In this document: positions 1 through 9,759 of the stretch, in pieces
How positions within the stretch are numbered: the first letter of the stretch is position 1
Layout: every line of letters begins with the position of its first letter
Assembly: GCA_016871685.1 (NCBI GenBank)
Contig: VHCM01000001.1
Coordinates: 19,753-83,752 of the forward strand
DNA from: Verrucomicrobiota bacterium
Lineage (GTDB): Bacteria > Verrucomicrobiota > Verrucomicrobiia > Verrucomicrobiales > Akkermansiaceae
Direction of reading: 5' to 3'
DNA length: 64,000 bases
The notes under the pieces: generated by a model
Databases searched by the model: none
Seen by the model: only the letters and a program-made list of their open reading frames with translations
What the model was told of the DNA's origin: nothing
Program-made: the position numbers and the translations under genes

Positions 1-52
1 CCGGGCCATCCCGGACCATCTTTTTTTCGATTTCCCGCTTGACCCGACAAAG

Positions 53-66
53 TGTTCATGAGAACA
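53..66. promoter_or_regulatory. Putative LexA (SOS) box, Verrucomicrobia type TGTTC-N4-GAACA
   Basis: Perfect palindrome TGTTC-ATGA-GAACA at 53-66; TTGACC hexamer at 39-44. Matches the LexA motif I recall for Verrucomicrobia. Regulated gene uncertain. Confidence 0.55.
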
Positions 67-74
67 AATTTCTC

Positions 75-230
75 ATGCGCCTCACCCGCCCCACCCTCCG
101 CTGCTTGCTCCACCGGGTGCGCCCGATGCTTTCGCGACGCCTGCGAGCAGTTTGGCCCGCACGCCCGGCCCGGCCGCAAATGGAAGTCCAGCTGGAATTT
201 CCACAGTGGTTCCGAACGCGGCGGTGGTAA
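75..230 (+). CDS. Possible small basic protein (51 aa)
   Basis: ATG at 75 in frame with track ORF 39..230; GC3-rich codons; starts 8 nt after the putative LexA box. No family recognised. Confidence 0.3.
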   Translation: MRLTRPTLRCLLHRVRPMLSRRLRAVWPARPARPQMEVQLEFPQWFRTRRW

Positions 231-302
231 GGATTTTCCGGATTTTGCACTTACCTAGCCGGGGCTAGGCCGCTACGGTGAGGTTCGGCAGAGCCGCGGA
301 CC

Positions 303-2708
303 ATGGAGATCTTCAGAGGAAACATCGCAGGCAGGTGGGCTGTGACCACATGGACTACACTCGCGCTGGCCGTGGGAAGCACCCACGCGGGACCCAGCAC
401 AGCGCCGAATCCGGCTGTGGCCAATGCGGATGCGGCCATCGTGGTCGATGAAGCGCGACTCTTCCTGGAGCGCGGCGATGCGGCCTATCGGGCGGATCGA
501 TTCGACGACGCGGCACATGCGTATCGCGGAGCGGTGGAGGCGCTCACGAATGCGAGCGGTTTTGAATCCCATCGCGAAGCGGCCATCGAGCGGTTGGTGC
601 AGGCGTCGGTGCAGCATGCTCGCAAACGTGCACAGGGCGGCGACCCCGCTGCAGCGCGGCTTGCACTCGATCAGGCGGTGGCGCTCGCCCCGGATCACCC
701 GTCGATCAAGCGCATGCTCGACGACCTCGACGATCCGATCCGCAACAATCCGGCGTCGAGCGCCGATCATGCGCGCGACATCGACGAGGTCCGCCGCCTG
801 CTCTATCAAGCCGACGGCGCCCATCAGCTCGGTGATTACGACAAATCGGATGCGTTTTTCGAAGAAGTGTTGCGCATCGATCCCACCAACCACGCCGCAA
901 GGCGCGGCATGGAACGCAACGCAGCGGCGAAAAGCGGTCATCGTGCGGCAGCCCACGACCACACCCGCGCCGAGATGTTGGCGCAGGTCGATGCCGCCTG
1001 GGAAAGCCAGACACCACCCGTCGGTGATGTCGCCGTGACGGGCCTCGATGACACACCGGCAACCGCCGATGAATCCGTGACGCTTGCCGCGCGGCTCGAC
1101 CAACTGGTGATTCCAAGAGTGGCGCTCGACCAAGCGAATCTCGAGGAAGCAATCGATTACCTGCGCGCCGTGACGCGCGACCTCACCGGCGGAGAGGGCG
1201 TCAATTTCAACATCAATCTCGCCGCCGGGGGCGAGGAGGCCGCGCGGCGCATCCGGGCCGCGCGCTTCGACCTGCAACTCACGAATGTCCCGCTGCGGCA
1301 GGTGCTGCGCATCATCGCCGACATGACGCGCACCGATTTCCGCAGCGACGGATTCGCGGTGATCTTCACTGCGGCAGGATCGGTTTCGGACGCGCTGGTC
1401 ACACGCACGTACCGCGTGCCGCCGGATTTCCTGACATCACTGGGCGCGACATCCGAAGCCGGCAGCGCTTCCGCCGATCCATTTGCCGAGTCGTCGGCAC
1501 AGACCGGACTGCTGGCCAAGCGCCTCACCGCCCGCGAAGTCCTGGAAGCCCAGGGCGTGGCATTCCCCGACGGAGCCGGCGCGAGCTACAATCCTTCCAC
1601 CAACACGCTGCGCATCACCAACACCGAGGCAAACCAGGAAATCATCGCGCAGATGATCGACACCGTGTCGCAAACCGAGCCGGTCATGGTCGCCGTGCGG
1701 GTGAAATTGATCCGCACGGAGCAACACAACCTCGAGGAACTCGGCTTCGACTGGCTGGTCTCGCCGTTCGGACTCAGCGCCAACCATCTCTTCGCCGCCG
1801 GCGGCACCATCGGCAACGGCCTCGCCAGAACCAACGCCGATTTCATCAACCCCGTCGGATCGACTTCAATCCCCGGCATCCCCACCGACCCGGGACAACA
1901 GGTGTCCAACATCGTCACCGGCGGACTGCGCTCCGGCGACGGCGCATCGACGGGCGATTCCATCGACTCGCTCATCGCCAGCCAGAGCGGGCGTCAGCAA
2001 AGCTCGGTCGCTCCGGGCGTGCTCGCCCTCACCGGATTATTCAGCGACGGCGAAGCGCAAATGATCCTGCGCGGACTCGATCAGAAGAAGGGCATCGACA
2101 TCATGGCCCAGCCGTCCACCGTCACCCGCAACGGTCAGGCATCGACCATCGAGATCATCCGCGAGTTCATCTACCCGACGGAATACGAACCGCCCGAACT
2201 GCCCAACAGCGTCGGCTCGACCAGCGGCGCGTTCCCCGTCACCCCCGCAACGCCCACCGCCTTCGAAACCAAGAACACCGGCATCACCCTCGAGGTGCTC
2301 CCCGTGGTCGATTCGTCGAAGCGGACGATCGACGTCACCATCAATCCGTCGTTCATCGAATTCGACGGGTTTGTGAACTACGGCAGCCCGATCAACACCA
2401 CCACGACCGACGCGCTCGGCAGGACGATCTCCGTGCCGATCACCGAGAATGCCATCCTCATGCCGGTCTTCAGCTCGCGGCGCGCCAACACCCAGGTGAC
2501 CATCGCCGACGGAGCGACCATCGCGATCGGCGGGCTGATGACCGACAGCATCCAGAACACGGAGGACAAGGTGCCGGTGCTCGGGGATGTTCCGCTGATG
2601 GGCCGGCTGTTCCGCTCCAAGGCAAAAAACCCGGTGACTTCCGCATTGGTGTTCCTGGTGCAGGTGGAGCTGCTCGATCCCACCGGCAGGCCGTATCGCG
2701 ACCGCTGA
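303..2708 (+). CDS. Secretin (GspD/PilQ family) with N-terminal TPR-like region, Amuc_1098-like
   Basis: Signal-peptide-like N-terminus; TPR-like helices; C-terminal secretin motifs (QPSTVTRNGQASTIEIIREF, TGITLEVLP, ATIAIGGLM, KVPVLGDVPLMGRLFRS). Confidence 0.85.
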   Translation: MEIFRGNIAGRWAVTTWTTLALAVGSTHAGPSTAPNPAVANADAAIVVDEARLFLERGDAAYRADRFDDAAHAYRGAVEALTNASGFESHREAAIERLVQASVQHARKRAQGGDPAAARLALDQAVALAPDHPSIKRMLDDLDDPIRNNPASSADHARDIDEVRRLLYQADGAHQLGDYDKSDAFFEEVLRIDPTNHAARRGMERNAAAKSGHRAAAHDHTRAEMLAQVDAAWESQTPPVGDVAVTGLDDTPATADESVTLAARLDQLVIPRVALDQANLEEAIDYLRAVTRDLTGGEGVNFNINLAAGGEEAARRIRAARFDLQLTNVPLRQVLRIIADMTRTDFRSDGFAVIFTAAGSVSDALVTRTYRVPPDFLTSLGATSEAGSASADPFAESSAQTGLLAKRLTAREVLEAQGVAFPDGAGASYNPSTNTLRITNTEANQEIIAQMIDTVSQTEPVMVAVRVKLIRTEQHNLEELGFDWLVSPFGLSANHLFAAGGTIGNGLARTNADFINPVGSTSIPGIPTDPGQQVSNIVTGGLRSGDGASTGDSIDSLIASQSGRQQSSVAPGVLALTGLFSDGEAQMILRGLDQKKGIDIMAQPSTVTRNGQASTIEIIREFIYPTEYEPPELPNSVGSTSGAFPVTPATPTAFETKNTGITLEVLPVVDSSKRTIDVTINPSFIEFDGFVNYGSPINTTTTDALGRTISVPITENAILMPVFSSRRANTQVTIADGATIAIGGLMTDSIQNTEDKVPVLGDVPLMGRLFRSKAKNPVTSALVFLVQVELLDPTGRPYRDR

Positions 2709-2738
2709 CGACCGCAAACCGCCTTCCTCCGGAATCCC

Positions 2739-4283
2739 ATGCCACCCTCTGATCATCAGCCCGACAGATACTCCATCGACGAGATGATGGAGCGGCTGAA
2801 GCACCAGCCATCACAGAGCGGCGGGCATCCCGAGCGCGAGCTGTTGACCCGCGACGACGGCAGCCAGGTGGTCCGCGTGCGCAAGCGCAAGCGCCGCTCA
2901 CAGCAACCGCATCGTGACGCGATCCGCCGTCGGCGCAGGGCACGCATGATCCAGGTGACCACCGCGGTGCTCGTCCTGTTGGCCTTGATGATCGGCGGCG
3001 GCGGCGCGCTGCTCTACAGCAACAGCAAGGCTTATCTCGACCGGCTCACCGGCATCATCACCCGAACGACCGGCGCGAAAGCCGAGATCACGCAGTTCCG
3101 CGTCAATCCCGTTGCGGCCAGCGCCCAATTGCTCAAACTCGAGTGGCCGGAAGGCTCCCGGCTGCGGCAGATGAACATCCGCGGCATCCAGGCCGACGTG
3201 TCGATCGGCACGCTGCTCAGCAAGTCCCTGATCGGCGAGGAACTCAAGGCTCAGGACGGAGTGCTCAACCTGCGCGAGCCCGTCGCCGGCACCTCCGCGA
3301 GATTCGAAAGTGATTCACTCGTGCCGGGCGTCATCGCCTTCGAGCGCAACACGATCAACAAGCTGAGGATCGTCTACGGCGAGCCGACCGCGCCGTCGCT
3401 TTGGCTCGACGGCACCGAGGTCAGCCTGCTGCCCCGCACCGACGCCCGCCCGTTCCAGATCATGCTCACGCGCGGCAGCTTCGGCATGCCGGGGAAATCC
3501 ATCCCGAAGCTGCGCCTCAACCGCGCGCTCATGGAGTGGACCAACGACCGACTGCGCATCATCAGCATGCGCCTGTTGCACGAAACCGACAACGTCGGTG
3601 AACTCAAACTGAGCGATGCCGACGGACCCGCCGGGCAGGATGAGGAGGGCTGGCATCGTCTGAACGTCGAGACCCAGTCGTTCCTGATGTCGGGCCTCGG
3701 CGGACCGGAGCTCGGCCAGTTGTTCCCGAACCGGATCAACACCGTTGGTTTGGAAAAACCGAGCACGCTGTCGTTCAAGCATTCCGAAACCATCCAGGGG
3801 GCGTTCACCATCCATTTCAATCAACCCGCGGGCGGCACATTCGAAGTCGTCGGTCTTCCTTTCCTTGGCACGATTTCGAGCATCCTCCAGGACGAGTGGT
3901 ACCAGGTTCCCGCGTTCCTCGAAGAAGTCGGCGGCACGCTGGAGTGCACTGCCGCGGGGGTGTCCCTGCGCGACCTTGATCTCAAGGAACGCTCGCGAAT
4001 GGCGATTCGCGGACAACTCGAATTCCAACGCAACCAGCGCCGCTTGTCGGGCGAACTCGAGGTAGGCCTACCCGAATCCGTGTTGGCAACCGCCAACTCA
4101 CCGCACTTCGAGTGCCTCTTCGGGCCCAGCGAGGATGGATTCCGCTGGGTCTCGCTCAAACTCGGCGGCACGATGAGCGCGCCGACCGATCATTTCTGGG
4201 AACTCTACCAGAATGCGAAAATCGCACCGAAACCGGATAACAACAGCGGCCCGTCATTCGAGGAGTTGACCAAGCCGGAATAA
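2739..4283 (+). CDS. Membrane-anchored hypothetical protein, possibly AsmA-like
   Basis: 514-aa ORF; basic cytoplasmic N-terminus, one TM helix, then a beta-rich periplasmic region. Confidence 0.6.
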   Translation: MPPSDHQPDRYSIDEMMERLKHQPSQSGGHPERELLTRDDGSQVVRVRKRKRRSQQPHRDAIRRRRRARMIQVTTAVLVLLALMIGGGGALLYSNSKAYLDRLTGIITRTTGAKAEITQFRVNPVAASAQLLKLEWPEGSRLRQMNIRGIQADVSIGTLLSKSLIGEELKAQDGVLNLREPVAGTSARFESDSLVPGVIAFERNTINKLRIVYGEPTAPSLWLDGTEVSLLPRTDARPFQIMLTRGSFGMPGKSIPKLRLNRALMEWTNDRLRIISMRLLHETDNVGELKLSDADGPAGQDEEGWHRLNVETQSFLMSGLGGPELGQLFPNRINTVGLEKPSTLSFKHSETIQGAFTIHFNQPAGGTFEVVGLPFLGTISSILQDEWYQVPAFLEEVGGTLECTAAGVSLRDLDLKERSRMAIRGQLEFQRNQRRLSGELEVGLPESVLATANSPHFECLFGPSEDGFRWVSLKLGGTMSAPTDHFWELYQNAKIAPKPDNNSGPSFEELTKPE

Positions 4284-4531
4284 AACGGAGATCCGGGAGG
4301 TGGGCGGAGAGGGACCGTGACGGTCCGCAAGAGGATTCATCTGCCATCCGCCGAAGCACGCTTTCCCGAGCACCCGCAGGCAGCCAACGCATGTACGACA
4401 TTTCACGCACTTTTCGAGTGGCAATCCGAACCAACCGGGTCCATGATCCGGGATAGAATGCTGAAGCGGGATGATCCCGCCCCCGGTAATCCAGGAACAC
4501 CAGAACCGAACCCCAGGAAGGAGCCCGATCC

Positions 4532-5128
4532 ATGCAGACCGCCAACGTCAACCCGCCGATCACCATCACCATGCGTCACGAGCACGTCACCGATGCGCTG
4601 CGCGACCACGCCCGCAGGAAAATCGAGGGATTGCATCTCGATTATCCGCGCATCATCGAGGCCAAGGTGATCCTCGACGTGCAGAAAAACCGCCACATCG
4701 CCGAGATCCTGCTGTTCTGCGCCAACCACATCACCATTGAGGCCCACACCGAGGGCAAGGACATGTACGCCGCGATCGACGAAACCGTCGAAAAGATCGC
4801 GCGCCGCATGCGCAAGCACAAGACCCGCCTGCTCAAGAAAAACCGACCGCACCGCAACGAATCGATCCGCCACCTGCAGGAAAGCTGGTTCAACGAGGAG
4901 GCCCTCGACCATCCCGAAGAATCCGTCACCGACCCCGTACCCTACATCATCCATGCCGACAAGTATGCGGTGCGCACGATGTTCAAGGAGGACGCGATCA
5001 TGGAACTGGAACTCTCGGACCGCCCGTTCGTCCTCTACCGCAGCGCGCGGCGCGGATGCCTGACGATCGTCTACCGGCGCAAGGACGGCGAGTACGCCTC
5101 GATCGACGTGCCCGACTCCGCAAGCTGA
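4532..5128 (+). CDS. hpf: Ribosome hibernation promoting factor (long HPF/RaiA)
   Basis: ITMRHEHVTDALRDHARRKI, DMYAAID, and C-terminal S30AE-type domain (EDAIMELELSDRPFVLY, IVYRRKDG). Confidence 0.9.
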   Translation: MQTANVNPPITITMRHEHVTDALRDHARRKIEGLHLDYPRIIEAKVILDVQKNRHIAEILLFCANHITIEAHTEGKDMYAAIDETVEKIARRMRKHKTRLLKKNRPHRNESIRHLQESWFNEEALDHPEESVTDPVPYIIHADKYAVRTMFKEDAIMELELSDRPFVLYRSARRGCLTIVYRRKDGEYASIDVPDSAS

Positions 5129-5203
5129 CCCCGTGCGCGGGTGCCATCGGCCCGCATTCGGGGATGGCGCGGCGTGACGGATGCGTTAGCCTGCCGACGG
5201 CCG

Positions 5204-7489
5204 ATGCCCAAGCGCCGCCCACAACACCCGGAACCAACACAGCGTCGATCCCGAGGCTTGGGAACGATGCTGCTCTTCTGGCCGTTCCTGGTCTTCGGAT
5301 TCCTCACCCGCTCCTTCGCCGGCGTCACGCGATTCATGCTGTGGATGATCGGCTACCCGCTCGTCGCCGCGCTCTATCTGTTCGGCGTGCTCTACCTTGT
5401 CTACGGCCTGCGCGCGGGCCGCTACGACCTCGCACGCATCCATGCGATGCCCGAACGCTCGATCGTCCTCGACCGCACCGGCACGGAAATCGGCCGCATC
5501 CACGGTGAGAAACGTTCGGTCGTGCCCCTGCGCCACGTCGCCGAAGATTTCCGCAAGGCGATCCTCGCACGCGAGGACGAGCGATTCTACCAGCACGGCG
5601 CGTTCGATACGATCGGCATCCTGCGCGCGGCCATCATGAACCTGCGCGGCAAACGCCAGGGAGCATCGACCATCAGCCAGCAGCTCGTCTCCGATGTCTT
5701 CGGCCTCAAACGCGGCGAATCGCGCGGCGACATCGTCCGGCAGATCGACCGCAAGCTTCTCGAAATCGCGATCGCGATTCGCGTCGAGTCGGTCTATGCC
5801 AAAGACGAAATTCTCGAGGCCTACATCAACCAGATCAACTGGGGACGCCAGATCCGCGGCATCGGCGAAGCCTCGCGCATCTATTTTGAAAAACATCCCG
5901 CCGAACTCGGCCTCGCCGAATCCGCGCTGCTCGCCGGCATCGTCCGCGGACCCGATTCGTTTAACCCGTTCCGCTCGATGGACGCGGCGACCCGCGAGCG
6001 CGACACCACACTCGACCGCATGACCGCGGCCGGAGTGATCAGTCGCGACCAGGCCGACGCCGCGAAACGCGAGCCGGTCGTGGTGCGGCCGGAATGGCGT
6101 CGCGCCGCGCGCGAGTCGTTCGCCATGGACGCGATCCGCCGGGATCTCGAAATCATTCTGGAAAAAGAGGACATCGCGCTGGGCGGACTCGAGATCACCA
6201 CAACCCTCGACCTGCGCGTCCAGGAGACGGCGGAAAAAGCAATCGACGCGAAGCTGCGGGAAATCGAGCGCATGCCCGGATACCGCCACACCACCCGCGA
6301 ACGCTGGAACAAGACGCGCAGGGAGGATCGCGGCGCGCCGGACTACCTCCAGGGCGCGGCCGTCGTCGTGGAAAACCGCACCGGCGGCATTCTCGCGGTG
6401 GTCGGCGGACGCGACGCGGGTGAGTCGCGCTTCAACCGCGCCAAGGACGCCAAACGCCAGATCGGCTCGATCTTCAAACCCTTCGTCTATCTCTCGGCGT
6501 TCGATGCCGGACTGCGGCCCGACTCGCCCGTCAGCGACGGGCCGATCGAGCCCGGCGAGATCCGGCGCGGCGGACGCTGGCGGCCGCAGAATTCCGACGG
6601 CACCTTCGGTGGTATCGAACCGGCGTCCTACGGCCTGATCCGCTCGCGCAACACGATGTCGGTGCGCGTCGGCAACCACGCGGGCATCGCGAATGTCAAA
6701 CAACTCGCCATGATGGCCGGATTCTCCACGCCGATGCCGGAAAACCCGTCGTCGTTCCTCGGTTCCTGGGAAGCCACCCCATGGGAAGTCGCCAGCGCCT
6801 ACACGATCTTTCCCAACGATGGCATCCGCTTCCGCACCTACCTGATCTCGCAAATCAAGGACCGCGATGGCAACGTGCTCTACACGACATTGCCGATGTC
6901 CTACCCCGCCGCCGACGGCGGATCGGCGCAATCGGTGTCTCGCATCCTCACCGAGGTCACCTCGCGCGGAACCGCTTCGTCGATCCCGCGGCTCGGATTC
7001 GACAAATCCTGCGGCGGCAAAACCGGCACCACCAACGATTTCAAAGACGCCTGGTTCGCCGGCTACACCTCATCGCTGTCGTGCGCGGTCTGGGTCGGCT
7101 TCGACAATCCGAAGACGATCATCCAGCGCGGCTTCGGATCGGTGCTCTCACTGCCGGTCTGGGTCGAGATCATGAAAACCGCCGACCGCCTCGGCTACAA
7201 GGCGGGCAAACTTCACAGCCGCGACCGGCGCGTTGCGGTGAACCTGTGCAGGCTTTCCGGTAAACGCGCCACCGCGGGATGCGAGGCCGCCGGCACCGCA
7301 TTCGCCGATGAGGTGCAGGCCGAAACCGCACCGGAGGAAACCGATCTGTGTCCGATCCACCCCGCGCGCGCCGCAGCGGTCGATCCGGTCGTCGCGGCAA
7401 CCGGGTCGTCTCCGTCCGCGCCGCTGCGCGCGATCCCGATTCAGGAAGAGGCGGACATCCCACTGCGCGCCGTTCCGGTCGAGGAGTGA
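5204..7489 (+). CDS. Class A penicillin-binding protein (PBP1A family)
   Basis: GT51 motifs EDERFYQH, GASTISQQL, RKLLE; transpeptidase SIFK, SRN, KTG. Start chosen at ATG 5204 within track ORF 5141..7489. Confidence 0.9.
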   Translation: MPKRRPQHPEPTQRRSRGLGTMLLFWPFLVFGFLTRSFAGVTRFMLWMIGYPLVAALYLFGVLYLVYGLRAGRYDLARIHAMPERSIVLDRTGTEIGRIHGEKRSVVPLRHVAEDFRKAILAREDERFYQHGAFDTIGILRAAIMNLRGKRQGASTISQQLVSDVFGLKRGESRGDIVRQIDRKLLEIAIAIRVESVYAKDEILEAYINQINWGRQIRGIGEASRIYFEKHPAELGLAESALLAGIVRGPDSFNPFRSMDAATRERDTTLDRMTAAGVISRDQADAAKREPVVVRPEWRRAARESFAMDAIRRDLEIILEKEDIALGGLEITTTLDLRVQETAEKAIDAKLREIERMPGYRHTTRERWNKTRREDRGAPDYLQGAAVVVENRTGGILAVVGGRDAGESRFNRAKDAKRQIGSIFKPFVYLSAFDAGLRPDSPVSDGPIEPGEIRRGGRWRPQNSDGTFGGIEPASYGLIRSRNTMSVRVGNHAGIANVKQLAMMAGFSTPMPENPSSFLGSWEATPWEVASAYTIFPNDGIRFRTYLISQIKDRDGNVLYTTLPMSYPAADGGSAQSVSRILTEVTSRGTASSIPRLGFDKSCGGKTGTTNDFKDAWFAGYTSSLSCAVWVGFDNPKTIIQRGFGSVLSLPVWVEIMKTADRLGYKAGKLHSRDRRVAVNLCRLSGKRATAGCEAAGTAFADEVQAETAPEETDLCPIHPARAAAVDPVVAATGSSPSAPLRAIPIQEEADIPLRAVPVEE

Positions 7490-7511
7490 ATCGCGACGCC
7501 AAGCCGCATCA

Positions 7512-8933
7512 TCAGACGCGCGCGTCCAGCCAGGTACCGCGGAAATGCAGCCGCGCAAACACGGCCGCCTGCACGATCTGGTCGATCGAAAACACGATCC
7601 ACACCCACACCAATGTCGGCGTGCCGAAGTGGGACATCAGCGAAAGCACGATCACGCGGTGGAAGAACATGCTGCCGAAGGACCAGCGCAACACGCTCCC
7701 GGTCGCACCCGCGCCGCGCATCGAGGTCTTGAGCACAATGCAGGTCGCGAAGAACGGCTGGGCGACCGCACAGACGACCAGCAACGGCGCGGCCATCGAA
7801 ATGTGCAAGCCGCTTCCCGGAGCCATCAAGCCGATCAACCATTCGTTGCAAGTCGCGAAGCACAGCCCGATGCCCGACATCAGCAGCACCGCCGCCAGCC
7901 AGCACAGGCGCACCGCTTTGACCGCCAGTTCGCGCGATCCGGCACCAAGGGATTGTCCGGCCAGCGTCGCCGCGGCCGTACCGATGGCAAACCCCGGAAG
8001 AAAACTCATCGATTCAATGCGAATCGCCAGGATATGCGACCCAAGCGACCCCTCGCCCTCGATCGCGGTGATCACACGCAGTCCGTACGAATGGATCAGC
8101 CACATGCAGCCGATCTCCACCGATTGCGGCACACCCACGCGCACGATGCGCCGCAAGGTCCCGGGGTGCGGCAGCACGCCGGCACGGGTCCACCTCAGCA
8201 CCGCCTCGGGACCGCGGCCCACCAGCAGCACCACCGCCGCCAACCCACAGATCCAGCCACCCACGGTGCCAACCGCGATGCCCGCGACACCATGACCACC
8301 CAGCGGCCCCGGACCGAAGACAAAGGCCCAGCTCAGCAACACGTTGGCCACATTCACCACGATCATCGCAAGAAAGGGCGTGCGCGTGTCGCCCGCACCA
8401 CGCAACGCCGCATTGATCGCCAGCATCACTCCGCTGAACGGGCCGGAAAGCGCCATCACCCGCAGATATTGTTCCGCTTCGACACAGGCCGCCGGGCTCA
8501 GGCCGACCCACCTGAGCAGCAGCGGCACACCGGCCAACAGCAGCACCATCGATCCGCAGCCGGCGGCCAGACCGAGCCACACCCCCTGACCGAGCCCGCG
8601 CTCCGCCAACGCGCGATCGCCTCCGCCGGTGGCGCGCGACACCAAGGCCAACACACCGGTGGCCACCGCACCCTGCAGGATATTGAAAAACCACGCCACG
8701 TAGCCGCTCAAGCCCATCGCATCGAGAATCGCGACACGCTCTGCCCCCTCGGCGATGCGCCCGGCCAGAAACAAATCCGTGAAGCTGACGAGGAAGGTCA
8801 TCACCTGCTCGAGCAGCGGCCACAGCGCCAGCACGAACACCTGACGACCGAGCGACAACCCGCCAAGACGACCGCCCAGCCGCAGGCCCGCCACCCCTCG
8901 CCTCACCTCTGATTCCTCCGTGCCCGCCGACAT
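7512..8933 (-). CDS. MATE family efflux transporter
   Basis: About 12 hydrophobic segments; duplicated motif LRGAGDTRTP / MRGAGATGS. Confidence 0.9.
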   Translation of the reverse strand: MSAGTEESEVRRGVAGLRLGGRLGGLSLGRQVFVLALWPLLEQVMTFLVSFTDLFLAGRIAEGAERVAILDAMGLSGYVAWFFNILQGAVATGVLALVSRATGGGDRALAERGLGQGVWLGLAAGCGSMVLLLAGVPLLLRWVGLSPAACVEAEQYLRVMALSGPFSGVMLAINAALRGAGDTRTPFLAMIVVNVANVLLSWAFVFGPGPLGGHGVAGIAVGTVGGWICGLAAVVLLVGRGPEAVLRWTRAGVLPHPGTLRRIVRVGVPQSVEIGCMWLIHSYGLRVITAIEGEGSLGSHILAIRIESMSFLPGFAIGTAAATLAGQSLGAGSRELAVKAVRLCWLAAVLLMSGIGLCFATCNEWLIGLMAPGSGLHISMAAPLLVVCAVAQPFFATCIVLKTSMRGAGATGSVLRWSFGSMFFHRVIVLSLMSHFGTPTLVWVWIVFSIDQIVQAAVFARLHFRGTWLDARV

Positions 8934-9022
8934 GCGCCCACAGGACTAGCCGCCCGGAAGGCCCACGACGAATGCAAATCCGCCCATCCCCGCCCAATCC
9001 ACGGCCCCGGCTGCACTACATG

Positions 9023-9191
9023 GCACTACATGGGGACAGACAAAATGTACGGCCGCGTGGACTTGCGGCTCGAAAGCCGCAGCTGCGATTCATGGCTGCC
9101 CGGAGGCAGCCAACCCATGTCTGGCGCTCGTCCGACTCCGCTCCGGGAAGAAGGAACAAAGCGCGCACTACATGGGGACAGACAAAATGTA
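9023..9191. repeat. 27-nt identical direct repeat GCACTACATGGGGACAGACAAAATGTA (9023-9049, 9165-9191)
   Basis: Two exact copies seen; an 11-nt partial copy at 9013-9023. Confidence 0.85.
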
Positions 9192-9448
9192 AGGAATGGC
9201 GGCTTTCCGGCCGTCGGCGTGCAGCAAGCCCGCTTGTCCGACTCCTCTCCTACTCCTCTCCCAAAGCAGAACCACGGAAGAACCACCACGGGAGGGACGA
9301 GCGGCCATACCCCAAAGGACAAGTGGCTTGTCGCCGCGTGGACTTGCGGCTCGAAAGCCGCAGCTGCGATTCATGGCTGCCCGGAGGCAGCCACTCCATT
9401 CCTAGTGCTCGTCCGAATCCGCTCCGGGAAGAATGAAAGAAGAGCGCG
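9052..9448. repeat. ~115-nt REP-like direct repeat (9052-9166, 9333-9448) with 61-nt identical core
   Basis: Cores 9052-9112 and 9333-9393 are identical and hold hairpins TGCGGCT-CGAA-AGCCGCA and TGGCTGCC-CGGA-GGCAGCCA. Confidence 0.85.
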
Positions 9449-9493
9449 TCAATCCTCGTTCCGGAGGACAGGCATCAGGCTCAAAACGCCCTC

Positions 9494-9526
9494 TTGACAG
9501 TCTTGCCGTAAACCTGTATTTACGGC
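9494..9526 (+). promoter_or_regulatory. vapBC promoter with inverted-repeat operator
   Basis: TTGACA at 9494-9499; perfect inverted repeat GCCGTAAA-N6-TTTACGGC at 9505-9526, ending 2 nt before the ATG. Confidence 0.65.
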
Positions 9527-9528
9527 TA

Positions 9529-9759
9529 ATGAAAACCACAGTTGAGCTGCCTGAGTCCGTTGTCCGGAAAGCCAAGTTGCTTGCTGCCGAACGTCAAACC
9601 ACATTGCGAGCACTGGTGCTCAAGGGATTGGAACATGTGCTCATGGAGGAGCAGGTGAACGCCAAGGACCGCGCCAAGCAACTCTTTGCCGCAATGGATC
9701 AGGCTCCGGGGATTAAAGCCGGAAAACGATTCAGCCGCACCGAAGCCAATGCACGCTGA
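9529..9759 (+). CDS. Antitoxin, ribbon-helix-helix (VapB/CopG-like)
   Basis: MKTTVELPESVVRKAKLLAAERQTTLRALV is an RHH pattern; overlaps the PIN gene. Confidence 0.8.
   Translation: MKTTVELPESVVRKAKLLAAERQTTLRALVLKGLEHVLMEEQVNAKDRAKQLFAAMDQAPGIKAGKRFSRTEANAR

Noticed and set aside
9013-9191. 27-nt repeats as a CRISPR array
   Set aside because: Only two full copies, a 115-nt intervening sequence that is itself repeated, and no cas genes.
8972-9497. Several 100-155 aa ORFs in the repeat region
   Set aside because: They translate the DNA repeats in several frames; no protein-like signal.
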